Shown here piece by piece: positions 1-14,378 of a stretch of 62,369 bases of DNA (the first letter of the stretch is position 1; each line of letters opens with the position of its first letter). A program made the translations under genes and the position numbers. A model generated the notes under the pieces. The model was not told the DNA's origin, ran no database searches, and was given only the letters and a program-made list of their open reading frames with translations. This DNA comes from Halocafeteria seosinensis (taxonomy: Eukaryota): the NCBI GenBank assembly GCA_001687465.1, contig LVLI01000862.1, positions 1-62,369 on the forward strand, written 5' to 3'.

Positions 1-1187
1 GACCAACACTTAATCCTAACTTCGCTGCTACAACCGGTCCTGGCGTCGCTGTGGCAGGCTCAGGGCCTTCTCCCAGACTAAGCCTTGACGGTAACTCTGA
101 CGTCGTTGGCGTAGGTATGGCAGGCCTCCTGAGCAAAACCAGTGTTGTGTTCCCTCACGGCGCATGTCAGCAAGGTTGCAGCGGGCCCGTCGCTGCTTAA
201 CACGGGCGCATACCGCTCCTCGATAAGAGGATGTGGTCAACCCCCCGGCCGGTGGGCTATCTGTCACATATGTGTGTGTGTGTGGAAGACAGCTGCCCCA
301 CCTGTGCAAGTTCAAACACGGCATCCGTGGTCTGATGGCCATTTGTGGGTTTGGGTCTTTTAAACAAGTTGTTTAAATTGGGGATGGATGATGTGCTTCG
401 TTGTCAGTGATTCCAGGATGACCTTCTTGCCGTACCAGGCTTTCAATTTGTCGGAATGCCTCGGAGACTGTGCGAGTGGACTCCTTGAGGACCAAATTTC
501 TGATGAGACTGGACGCTTGAAAGCAGTGTCGTTCAATGAGCCTGCCGAAATGGTAATCGGAACATCCACTGAAAGTCTCAGGAATGAAGCCTCTTCCGAC
601 GCGGAACGTAACTGATGCGCTTTGGTCTTTCAATTTGAGAGTGGAGCAAGTCGAAGTGGAGAACGGAGACGTGAAGTCTGCAAGGTGCTCCATGGTCGTC
701 GCCGCATAATCTGCAGCCGTTCTCAGGGGTCTTTGCATCGAAGTCCCTGCTTCCAACCCTGTACTTCCACGACCACCAGAGCGTCAGTACAACAGCCAAT
801 TCGCTGATCCTGACTTTGGAGGGCATCCGCATTATTTCAATTCCTTCTCCAGTCGGGCCTTGAACGCCAGATCGGGCTCGCATCCGCTTCTTGTGGCCAG
901 TGTGAAGAGCTGCAGCAAACTGCTGTGCGACCCAACAGCTGTCCAGTGTTCGCTACCGTGTGTGCTGACAATGTTGCATTTCTGATACACAGTATTGTCA
1001 AATGCTACGTGCAGTTTGTTTAAAGAAAGATTGGCATGCATTGCTGCAGTTTTACGTAGGTAGCATTGGTATGGTGTAGCTCGCACGGCGTGCCTCGGTG
1101 TTCGACACATGCATGCTCTGAGGTGTTCCTAGACCAAAATTGCTTTCCTCATATTATAAGTTGACGAGTGCTCACGGAGAAGGAAAT

Positions 1188-2303
1188 ATGGCTGAGTTTC
1201 TTGTTGCTTTACGGGACTTCGACACTGACGCTGTGGATGCCCTCTGCAACGACTTCGATATCTCGGGGGAATCGACAGGGCTCTCAGACTTCTCAAGCCT
1301 CATCCAGCAAAGGCTAAGGACACGGCACAGCTTGAGGCATATCGTAAGGACGGAAATCATCAACCCTAATTCAGGTTACGGACTACCCCTCCTTATTTCG
1401 ACGTTGTACTGGCTTTCCTCCATCTTGACGTGCAAATGGGCTCCATGCCTCTGCTGTTGCAAGTCACGACAACCTAAAGAGGGCCACGCAGACATTTTTG
1501 ATGATGATGGTGATGATGATCAGCCGCCGAAGGAAGAGTGGCACCGTAGCACCGGTTCTCGACCACTGATTGAGATTCCGTGGTATGCGTCCACTGACGG
1601 GTTCACTCCGTGCAAACCGTGTCTCTCTCTGCCAGAGAATTACAGACTCCGCCAACCCGGTCAACAAACGTTTAAATTCATCGAACCCCCTGAGGGTGGC
1701 CTGAAAGACGAACTGCTTTGTAGGCTTGGAGTAAATCGGACATGTGCTGCTTTGTATTGCCTAGCAATGGTATTCATTCCGATGTTTCTGCTCCCTGTGC
1801 TCGGGATGGTTTCTCCAGCGCTCTTCCCTCTCAGCTGTGGGTTGACATTCGACCTCGTTTTCATGACTCTACTCTTATTGGCATTAATTGTCGCGATGTT
1901 GATTCTTGAGCCTATGCACAAATGTTGTTGCTCACCGAATCGTCACGCGTCAGATCGGGGGACGCAATTTGCCTGTGCATTGTACAAGAAACGGCTGGGA
2001 AAGAAGTATTTGGTGAAGCGAGTGACTCTCGTTGAAAATGCAAGTTTATGTAAATGTTTATGGCTTCAAGTACGAATAACCTTTCCGGGATTGAGCGTGC
2101 ACAGTGCTCTAGTGAATAACCCTGTGTGGGGTTTTTTCGAGCATTTCCCTACCCACACCATTGCAAAGCGCTGGCGTGAACTTGCTGATTTCACAGGTGG
2201 GAATATCCCAAGGCAGGAAACCACAAAGAAGACCCCCTTGCCAACTACAACCTCTGGACCTGCTTTCGTTCCCGCGAACTCATCCGAAGTATATTCTGTA
2301 TAA
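1188..2303 (+). CDS. Hypothetical multi-pass membrane protein (orphan)
   Basis: Intronless ORF from ATG 1188 (MAEFLVALRD). Hydrophobic segments YGLPLLISTLYWLSSIL, CAALYCLAMVFIPMFLLPVLGMV and LTFDLVFMTLLLLALIVAMLIL, with Cys clusters next to them (CLCCCK, KCCCS). No family recognised. Confidence 0.65.
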   Translation: MAEFLVALRDFDTDAVDALCNDFDISGESTGLSDFSSLIQQRLRTRHSLRHIVRTEIINPNSGYGLPLLISTLYWLSSILTCKWAPCLCCCKSRQPKEGHADIFDDDGDDDQPPKEEWHRSTGSRPLIEIPWYASTDGFTPCKPCLSLPENYRLRQPGQQTFKFIEPPEGGLKDELLCRLGVNRTCAALYCLAMVFIPMFLLPVLGMVSPALFPLSCGLTFDLVFMTLLLLALIVAMLILEPMHKCCCSPNRHASDRGTQFACALYKKRLGKKYLVKRVTLVENASLCKCLWLQVRITFPGLSVHSALVNNPVWGFFEHFPTHTIAKRWRELADFTGGNIPRQETTKKTPLPTTTSGPAFVPANSSEVYSV

Positions 2304-2780
2304 CCGCCCAAGTAGTTTCACTGTCTCTGTCCTATTTGTTTGGGGTATTAGCATATTCCTCCGTGTTAGGTATGAATTTCTTGTATTTAGTCTCTAGCCC
2401 GCTGCATTGTTTTCTAACCTAGCGAGTTAGCGTCTGGGCCATTTGAAGCGACGTGGCCACGTTTTAAACCTCAAAACAGTGTTAAATTACCGGTAAAGCT
2501 GCCTTCCCCCTAATACATGTATAGTGCTTATTTATGAGGATTTCAACAACGCTGCATTTTTACGTTCTACATACTGTGTAATAGACGAAGTCTAGTATGT
2601 ACAAATGAAATGAGTGATGTTGTATACAGATGACTGAATCAACATCGCAAATCATGTTTTGACCCCATCCGGTCTACGAGAGCCGCGTGCTCGCGCCTTA
2701 ATCGGCTCTTCTGCCTTGTACGGTTATTAGGTTCTGCAACTCAGTCATCTTCTTCAGACAGCATCGTCCTCATTGCGGCC

Positions 2781-3315
2781 ATGCGGGAGCTAGAGAGGGG
2801 ATCTGTGGCAAGAGCGACCAAATGCCTGACCTCAAAACTGAGTCAAAAGGGATAGCACAAGGCACACCTGACCTAGAAACAAATTACGCACCTTGCACCC
2901 AGACAGGCTCCACAAATTTGTAGAACCTGACGTGAGCGCAACGCCATCACACTCCCAAATCACGGACACTGTGAAGCAGAAGAGACTCGATCGGCAGCGT
3001 AAGCAGGCATGGTTGCAAGAAGCACGGCCAGCAACGAGCAGAGGAGAAGCAGACAGGGGCCTGCAGACCACGAGGGAAATAGACCGCACATCAGTAGACG
3101 AAATCACAGCGCGCCAAAACCCTCGTGGCAACTTCGCGCGCGCAGAATCAAACCCAGCGCCAAGCGGAACACAAGGCACACAGCGTACCACAAACAATAA
3201 CGACGATGGCAACCTCGCAAGCGACACACCAAAGGAATCCGACGAAGAAGGATCGGATAACACTATGGACCTCCTCCAGGACTTAAAATGTCTACACAAT
3301 CCCAAGTTGAACTAG
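2781..3315 (+). mobile_element. Possible degenerate non-LTR retrotransposon fragment (CRE/SLACS-like, region upstream of RT)
   Basis: Allowing two frameshifts, it reads MRELERGSVARATKCLTS..GIAQGTPDLE..KLRTLHP. This resembles the G.+SRA...L.S.G+A..T....L..LHP segment that precedes the RT in CRE-clade elements. No RT core is visible. Confidence 0.35.
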
Positions 3316-3533
3316 CCCGTTACTTTATATATCTTTCTCCGGTTTGCATCCTCCTTATAGCTGGTCGTCCTTCTTGCTCGCCGCCGCCTTACTTAGGGCC
3401 TCGGTTGATGAGGGCAAATGTTGACAATTGACAGTATTTGGCCTTTATGCTTACTACCACTGGTACTGTAGTGTTTCTTTCTTTGTCTGATATCAAACGG
3501 ACACTGTTTTCCTGTTCCATCGACTTTGGTTGA

Positions 3534-5196
<1,663 letters not shown>

Positions 5197-7855
5197 GTGA
5201 CTGTGCACAAGGATGCACAGATGTGCATCTCTCTCAATCCTTTTCCAAGGTTGGGAACATACCAGACAAAACACACTTTGTCGTTTTACTTCACTTGACT
5301 TAAAAACAATATGATATGTACACGGACTTCTCTGAAGATGATGCCATCCACCCACTTCAATATCGGAAACGACACGCTTTAGTCCGTTTCACAGCATCAT
5401 TGGTGTGTAGTTTCTCTCCACAGCATACGGCACAAGTTCTCGCACGAGACGGAGCCAGGGTCGCGAAGCTCAGTTCAGCGAGACCACCATGTTGCCAAAG
5501 AGTGTGATCTTTTTTGGCGCGACGGGTACTATGCAACTACCATTGGATTGCGAATGTCATTCGAAACCGTCTTATTTGCACCACTGTATCGGTTTAATCC
5601 TCTGTTGAACCACTTAGCCTTCCTACATACATGTATCCCCAGGCCTCAGGAGGAAGAGCAACTTCAAAAAGATTCCCCATCAAGAAAGGAAGCCAGCGCA
5701 ACGTCGCACCGGACACGAAGATTCTTCTTTTACGGGGAGCTTCTTCCAGAATGTGCCTTGGTCAATGTCCATTCACGACTCTAATAGAGCGATCCATCCG
5801 TTTGACTGTGCGCCTGTGGAGTCTCTATCCGAAACATTGTAGAGAAAGTGTCTCATCTCTCCTCCTCTTCTAGTATCCAATCACCTGAAGTTGGGCGTAT
5901 CATCTCCTTTTTCCGTTGTCTATGTTTATTATTCTCTGTCTGTCTGTCTGTCTGTATCTCTCGATATAGTATAACCAACCCGTGGAACAGGTTACAAACC
6001 ATGCAACTATCCATGGACTGGGACTTCAAGGTTCGTCATGCCTCTTTACTTTGAGACACCGGGTACTAGTACGTGCCACATTTGCGGTAATGGTAACTCA
6101 TCCAATACAGGCAATTAATGGTTTGGAGGAACTCAATGCTTGCTTACTGCTATAAGAGTTACTTCGGGTACTATGTGGGATGTATCTATCATGTACCGCA
6201 TTTTATCCTTGGAATTGCCCTCAGTAACACACGGCGTAAGGATGCTTACGGTTAGACCGGAGCACTGCAGGAACGTTCAAGACTTGACTGCTCGACGTCA
6301 CCGGAAGAATGTTCCATTACCTTCGAAGGTTTTACCCGCTCGAAGCAAAATGTAGCAGTGTTTATCCGAGTATCCGTAGTCTACCCATCTAAGAACCGAG
6401 CAGTGCCCGGGCCCATGACAGACGATTTGTGCTCTGAGTGGGTAGTTCCAAACGCTACGAACAGATTGTTTTAAATTTGAAATCCAATCCCTTTTATTTT
6501 TTCAAACTTTCGAACTGTTTGGATTGGTTCAACTTTGAATGTTATCGATTGGTTTACTACTGCATGTTATCCACCGTCAGGTCTATGTCCGCTATACCAA
6601 CAGCAACTATACGCTCGTGGCGGACCCCCCTATCGTTGTCTAACGGCCGAGTCTGCATCATGGAGCAAGATACTAACACTGATACTACTGTACTTTAAGT
6701 ACCATCCAGTGCTTGACAAGAAAACATGGGTATAACTTATTGGCGGAATTCATCCGAGCGCGTATGAACGATACACCAGATTACCGTGGTATTCCGAACG
6801 CACATTCTATGTATGATTTCAAGGAAAATGATGCTGCTGGAGTAGCTATGAGGAATGTGAGCCTTTCTGCAGCGAGGGAACCGTTGCCTGTAACTAAACG
6901 AAACGCCAATTCAGCTCATGCTGAGAGGCTGCTTCGAGCCATGTCGACGTTTTTGGACGAGATTTTGCGGTTTCAGGGGGAACCGACAGCGTTTTGGTTC
7001 AATAAATTATACCAATCGTTTTCGGACCTGACGCACACGGTACTGCATTTTGATATAAGACATCAAATAGGAGTGACTATTTTGCTTGACCTGCTCACGA
7101 GATGTGTGTTTGAAGACACACTGTGTTAAACGCATTATTAAACACTTTCGGTATTAGAAGCGTCTGCACTCTGGAATTGCTTCTGCATATCTTCCGTTTG
7201 CAGGAGTCGGCTCCTGCTGGTAACTCCCATATTCTTGGGAAAGTGCCAATGCCAGTTGAAGCATAGCACTCTTAGTGTCATTTCGAGGATTTGAACTCTC
7301 CAAGGCATCTATGATCCAGCTATAAAGTTTATCATCTTCGCTGAATTTTTTATACCAATTGTGTACTTTTTCACCAATTTCTTGTTCCAAGCAAGAGAGG
7401 GGAACACAAAATTTGAAGGAGTATTTGCTCGATATGCTCTGATATTCTTTGACTAAACTCTTAAGAAATGCCTTTCCGTTGCACGCATTTAGGTACCCGA
7501 CTTTCCCGTCCTGCGCATCACTACTACCTTCCATACCTCATGGTCATGCCACACTGCGACCTACTACCCCCATTTTCATCACGTTTCCTGCATGTAGGGC
7601 GTGGGGCACGGGCACAGTGGCATGCCACGGTTGGCACAGCATAGGCCAATTTTAGGGTTGGCACAAGTGGCGCACTTTTAATCTTCAAAATACCATTCCA
7701 GCTCCGGCGAGAAGATTCTTTCACAAAGTGGTCGCCGACGAAACTTCTACGCGTCTTAGAGTCGCATGCATGAATGGCCTCAGCGAAGAGTCGTGTTTTG
7801 TCTCCTTGTATGTTTTTCCATTGTTATAGGTGCAATCGTTTGCCCATTGGGGGAG

Positions 7856-8929
7856 ATGGCATTCAACCGATTCAGCAGCGAATGCAGTAATTGGTCGGAC
7901 GAGCTACGGAGTGCGTTCGATGGAGACCGAGGTAAATAAGTCAGGCTCTCTTTCTTTTTCTTTGTATGACTGTCATTTTCCTTGGGAACGTACGTGACAG
8001 ATGCAGAAGGGGATGTGTTCAGCACTGACAACTCGTCGATGGCAGGCATGCGCTTTCCGCGCTTTCCAAGTAGCAGCAGCAGCAGCAATCAATATGGAAC
8101 TGCATGGCTGTATCCGGGATCTCTCTCCACACAGAAAGAACAGGAGACGCATCGTAATGGGAATGGGAATGGGAATGGGAATGAGACGGTAGTCTCTCCT
8201 GAGGGTAGAGCAACCAGCGGGAAGAGCGGAGCACAATTTGGACCTCCCGAGGCCCACCTCCATGATCTGGTACAGCATGCACCGCCGCAAACTCAAAGGT
8301 TCTACGTCGGTCTAGCTTTCGGATCTCAGACTTATCTCTACGGTATGGATGCATACTTCTACGTCGAATGTGGATGATAATGGTAGCGGTTTGTATTGTA
8401 TGTTTCAGATCTACCATCGCCGGATGACAGCGTCGACCATATATACAGAGAATGGAGAAACGAGGGTCGACTGTGCCGCGCCCCTCTGGAAATTGTTCAT
8501 AAATTGTCCCCAGAGGTAACGTATCATTTGCTGGAAGGATTCCCCGAGGAACAGGCCAACGAGGAGTCGGACGCGTTTCAGCGGCATATGCACAGTAGGT
8601 GCCGTGTGGGGATGAAAAAATCCATAATCCGTAAAGACCAAGAAGAGTTCCTCGATGACATCGAATACCGCGAACGAAGTACGAACTTGACGGTTCGTTT
8701 CACACCGACAGTGCACGCCTTCGGATTTACACGACTCGCGGGTGATGAAGGTGCTGAACTCACAGTGAAAATTCTGCGACTTGCTCCACAAGGACGACTT
8801 ACTGAATCTCTCCCACTCTCTGGGAACCACGGAGACCACTTTTTCCGCTTTGTTGTACAAATCGAGCTAGGAAACAACATCCTTTACGAGATAATTTCCC
8901 GTCGCATTAAAATGCTGGCCAAACAATGA
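7856..8929 (+). CDS. Hypothetical protein with a possible Ig-fold/beta-sandwich C-terminal domain
   Basis: Three exons join in frame through GT-AG introns 7932-8000 and 8343-8408 (DR/DAEG and LY/DLPS). Low-complexity N-terminus (poly-S, NG repeat). C-terminus FRFVVQIELGNNILYEIISRRIKMLAKQ. Confidence 0.6.
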
Positions 8930-9060
8930 ACATTAGCAAAGTCTACGGCGGTGCTTTAACTGCTCGTTATCATGATCCTCCAATTTTTGTGATGCAGTTA
9001 TCCCCACAAGTACTTCGCCTCTTCAATCACAGACTTCGCAGCGGTGAATCTCGTATAGAA

Positions 9061-12000
9061 TCAACTTTCCCTATCCTCGCTTGTGAAATACGGATTCCGT
9101 ATACCACGTTGACTTTGTTCCCATTCCGTATAGGAGCCAGGGCCACAACATATACAGGACCGATAGGGTGAATAAATGAAATATGAACACCCGTAAAATC
9201 TGCCGTCAGTTAACGACCTTGTACAGCAAAACGTCACACGGTGTTCATACGAGTTCTTTTCAGGCATGAGTATCCTTGGGGAAACGACGATACGCCGGCT
9301 TCCTTTATTGGATGAGTATGCACTCTGTATCATCGTATGAAACCTCATTCGAATTGACGCTTGTATCGCAAACGTTACCCAGTCTATGATCAGGATACCA
9401 GCGCAGAGAAGCTGAACACCGGCTGCAAGACCAGCAGCATCAATAAGATCTCCTTCAATATCTTGGTTGGTCCAGCTACTATCGTAAATACATCCAGGGA
9501 TGCCGTAAAGGATGAAGGCTCCCACAGAAGGATCAATACCTCGGCGAGTTGGAATATCAGTGGGGTCTTTATTGTCCTTAGCACCTGTGCATACCTCTCC
9601 TTTGGACAGTTTCGAGGAGAGTAGAAATGCCGAAGTCGCAACCGTACCTACGACAAGAAGGAACAAGATTGCAAGCGATAAGCTCTGTATGATAGACCGC
9701 CGGTATGCTGGAGAAGATTTGCCCATGGAATAAGAACCTTGCCGCGTTCGAGAAAGAGGCTGCGCTTCTTCTCCCTTGGATCTGCTCTTTGACTTCTTCC
9801 GTGCTACCGCTTTTACACTTCCCAAGATATGGATTAACCCAATGAATCCACCACTGACAATCCAGGAGATCGTAATTCCCCAAACAATTCCCGTGACACC
9901 TTGATAATAGCTCCGACATCCCTCTAAGTTATCACCCAGCCCAGGTGTTTTCATATGCGTAAAATTGTATGTTACTGTTGTAGACAAGCATCCCGTATTA
10001 CAATCACACTGGTAGTCGAATAAACTAGCAGCGCAGTTACCCGTTTCCCGAAGTATAGCAGAGCAATCAAGGGTGCAAGCTTCGTAGCGCTCGTCACATT
10101 CATGCAATGAGCACCGCGGATTGCCGGAATCTTGTTGACAGTAGCACGCGCCAACGCTGGTAGAGCCACACTCTGATTCTGGACTGATACTGCGGTCAAT
10201 CAAGTACGTGCTGTAAAAGTAAAAGGGGTCAGTTGTCTCGCGGCGCAGTTTTGCCATGCGTTGCGATACGAGGGTAGAGGAAAGAATCAGCACAATGACA
10301 ATTATGACAAAGAATGACCAAGCCGGAAATTGCCAAGGAAACGATGCAGCAGAAGGAGTTGATAGAAGCTTACTGCTAGAAGCTTCCACCCAAGTCGCAA
10401 ACGCACTGAAAATATTTGGCCTACGCTTCTTCTCCGCCTCCAATCGGCCTTCTCTGAGTGATTGCTCAAATTCTGGATCAGCGTTTGCATCAACTAAACA
10501 TCTCCCAGAAACATCCCAAGGTAAGGTCGAGCCATAGTTAGAGTCTACGGCACTCTGATTCGTCAAATCAGAACTGGCAGAGGGACTCTTCTTCTTCGAC
10601 ACGTACTCACAGCATCGATAGCAACTACAGTACGTAAAGTTTCGAGACAGCCATTTTGTAGGAAATTTCAAAGACCTCCTTTCCGGAGATTTAAGGCCTC
10701 CAAGAACCATCGCCTCTGTGGCGGCAGCAGAATCTACTTCCTGGTTTGAGACTAGCGGGTATATCGAGCACCAGATACAACCTCCTACAAGGCGTACAAC
10801 GAAAATAGTGATAACCAGAGAGAAGAGCAGGAAAGTAAATTCCTCATCCCAAATACGATCGACAAGGCCAGATTTACATCCAACTGCCATCACACTTATA
10901 CTTGGACTTCCTGCGACACCTACTGTCTTAACTCCGATCCTTTCGAATTGAATCATAGCCAGTGCAACAAGGAGGCGAACCTCTCCCGCGGCTGCAGAAG
11001 CTAGGGGGACGCTCCATTCGAGTGTGCCGTCGATAATCTTGCGCTTCTGCAATTCATAGTCGAGGTTGTTTGCTGAAGTGGACAGGCGAACTACAGGGAG
11101 GTAAATGTGAATATCGTCCACAATCGGATACCCGACGCAGTACGTGTTGGGGGCACCAACGCTGCTTGAGTCCCATCGAACATTCCCAGAACTATCGACA
11201 ACGCCCATTCCAATGTTCCGTTCGGGCAGTCTTGTTTGATTAATAAATGTTGTTTGCTGGCAATATATCGTGTTCGAAGGATGCCGCGCGATGAGGACTC
11301 CCGGATGGACATCAGATTCATTCAATGAATGCAGCTGATGAGCAACCTGTATGTTTCCTAGGACATCATATTGTACGTACACCAAATCCTTGAATGTCTG
11401 AGAAGAAATCAGAAACGAGACATCCATATTGGAAGTTACTGCGATATTAGAGCGGATTTGGTCAGAGTGTTTGTGCCTCCACAATATGTAATTCTCGTGG
11501 CGAGTGAGATTGACCGAAACAGCGCCGATAGAAGTCGAACTCCGCGGCCCCGAGGTCATTGGAAAACTTATCACAGCGATGTGTCCTTGCGAATCTAGGT
11601 TGAGAGAACTTAAATACCAATTTTTTATATCCCAAATCTCCAATGACGCCTCGTCACTAAGAACTCTTGCCCAATTATGCGAAATTGTAGGGTTTCCCTG
11701 TTGGATATTTTCCACCTTCATGCTCCACAGTTGTACCTTTGACCCCTGTTGTCCTAGCAGAAACACACTGAAACTATTGCAAGAGTTGGATTCAGGATGA
11801 GCATCACACGTCGTCATTTTTCCTTCAGTATTCATTCGATATGGTACAAAAGTTGTTTGAAAATCTGACCTGGGGTATCCTGAGCTATGGATGTCGTACC
11901 AAGCCAAGCGCTTCCCAAAATTGGCTGAAAAGACACCCAGTCCGCTAATACTGCACGACGTCTCCCCTTCCAAAAATAGTACATTCGTACTCATGACAGA

Positions 12001-13257
12001 GATGACGATTGCATTCGCACGTTCATGTATGACTAAATCCACAATGAGACTATCGACAGAACACGACGAAGGAAGGTCATCCGGAAGAATTGCACTATCA
12101 ATGATCCTATCACCTTGGACATCTAGCTGATTCAATCTGCAAATGTGACGAGATTATAGACGCGATCAATACAGACACCCCGACAGGGTGACACTAAGGA
12201 AAAGGATAACATACCGCGGTTGGATGACCGTCTCTTTGCCCGTTTTGCGCAATACTGCGACTACAAAGTACACATTACCGGCTGCATCACTTATTATAGG
12301 CGACAAAACGGTGGTGCTATGTGTCACAGATTCTCTCGAGTCAGAAAACGTATAGTGTTTACAACTGCTAGGAGGGCCGCTGATTGGAGAATAGAATGTG
12401 CCCCCAACCCCGCCTCCAATTCGTCTCCAGCCAGAGAATTTCCCAACGTTCTTTTTGTCGATTGCATTGCTACCGAAGAATGCTAATACTCCTATAGTGA
12501 TAGATAAAACCAGTGGTAGGAGAATACTGCACATCAGGGGTCCCAATGCGCGGCACGTGAGCCAACGCTTCGGTTCTGATTTCCACTGCGACTTTGGCTG
12601 ATACATGTGCGCATCGTCAATGGCGTCTCCTTCATTGTCGTCAAAGGCGGCATTGTCGGAGCTCGTTGTACTACTTCTCATATTTGTTTCATTTCCGTCC
12701 TCATCCTTAGAGCCTGGAGGTGTCGCCTGTCCTGTGCACTCTATCGAGTCAAATGGCTTCCGATGAGACTGTTCCTGGTGCTGTGTGATATCATTACCAA
12801 GCTCGTCATTCGCATCAAATACAGAGTCGTCCATTATATCATCTTCAAGCTCGATCCCATAGCGACCACTTCCAAAGGGATCCTCCAGCTCTCTGAATCG
12901 GCACGAATCACTCGGTTGGAGACTGTAGCGGCGGAACACTTCCTGCATGTTTTCCGAGGCAGATCTTTCATGACCCGTTCCACTATCAGAATGAAGACTT
13001 TCCCGAGATGGAGAAGCCCATTTGTCCTTCCTTTTCCTCTTTTTCTTCTTGCGTCGTGATGAATGACTGCCTGAAGCCTCACTACTGCCAGTGACAGCGC
13101 TGCTTACGCTTCCCCTACGGTATCCATTGCCCACGCGGCTAGTGCGCCCCCTTCCAAAGAGTGAAAATGAGCCACCGTCGTCCTCTTGGACCGAGGAGAT
13201 GTGTATGTGGAGGGAAAATGCCATTATGATCCCCTGAAGCGGAGGCCCCTTCCACAT
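9061..13257 (-). CDS. Large multi-pass membrane protein with a putative beta-propeller ectodomain and Cys-rich loop
   Basis: Two exons; intron 12137-12214 joins VIQPR/LNQL to give ~1370 aa. About 6 hydrophobic helices. PQQ-like motifs SPIISDAAGNVYF, SGNVRWD, YPIVDDIHIYL, DGTLEWSV. Cys-rich segment. Confidence 0.75.
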
Positions 13258-13617
13258 ACGCCTGTCTTTCTCCTTTGTCTTCCATTATCCATATCCCATG
13301 ACTCACTCTCTTATAAGGGAACACATATACATATTTGAACCATCACGACAACAACAATCGGATGCATCTATTTGTCATATACACTCGATACACGGACTTG
13401 TGAAGCAACTGCGGCAACCGTGAAGTTCGCCACCGCCAATGGCCCAATGCACTGGGCCCTCAGTAGGATAAGAGAGGTACACAAACCCATAGCGAATATG
13501 ACGGTATTCCTACCGCAGCTTACTGGGGTAAGTTAGCAACGTACACACCGATTGTCTATTACAATGAGCTACAAGAATGAAGGAGGGAGTCTGATTTCGC
13601 CGCGTTACAAAGAACGC

Positions 13618-14378
13618 TTAACTGGACTTTCCTAGAAGATCGGGAAACTGCTGTCCATCCACATATCCACCTCGCATCGCTCTCCTGACATTCTCTTCGA
13701 ATGTTTTGGGATCCTCGCGGAAGACCTTCGCCACTGTATGGTTTAGGGGGTCGTTGCCTTCGGGATTTAATAATAGGAACTCGAGGCCGACAACTATGTT
13801 TTCTAACGTGTAAACAGGTTTCCATTCCTTTCGCAATAAATCCAGGCAAACATTTCCTTGGTAATCAATGTTCGGGTGATATATTTTACACTCCTCTCGT
13901 AACGTGACTTTAGGTGGGTCATGAGGATAGGACGGCGGCACTTTCATAAGAAACCGGAAAGTTCCATTTCTATAGTATCTGCATCCTTACGTTGTAAATC
14001 GGTAATCATACGAAAGAAAAATAACACGTAATGCTGGAGAAAGCTAACATACCCCTGTTTCGGCTTCACCACCACTTCCATTTTCAATAAGTCATTGATA
14101 TCAGGCCATTCCACCTGAACCTGTTCATTCTTATCCCCACTTGTGTATCGCTCGCTCATCGATTCCTTGTCTGTCATAACTCTGCGAACGGCAGGAGGCA
14201 TTGCATCACCCGACTTTTTCTTCTCTCGAGGTGCTAACTTTCCCATTATACTCTGTCCCGTAGAGGATGACGACGCAGCGGCGGCGCCTGATCCATTGCC
14301 GGATGCTTCGGCCGCCCCTTCCCCCGAAGAGGAGGCGGACGAAGACTCGGTTTTGGGTTTCTTCTTGGCTAAAAACAT
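13618..14378 (-). CDS. UBC12: NEDD8-conjugating enzyme Ubc12
   Basis: Basic N-terminal extension MFLAKKK. Intron 13979-14052 gives KPKQG/YYRNGTFRF. YPHDPPKV, catalytic HPNIDYQGNVCLDLLR.EWKPV, DPLN, C-terminal AMRGGYV. Confidence 0.95.

Noticed and set aside
1..1110. Short ORFs at the left end
   Set aside because: No recognisable motif or consistent splice model; I cannot support a call.
8157..8183. (ATGGGA)n as a telomere-like repeat
   Set aside because: A coding microsatellite for NGNGNG.
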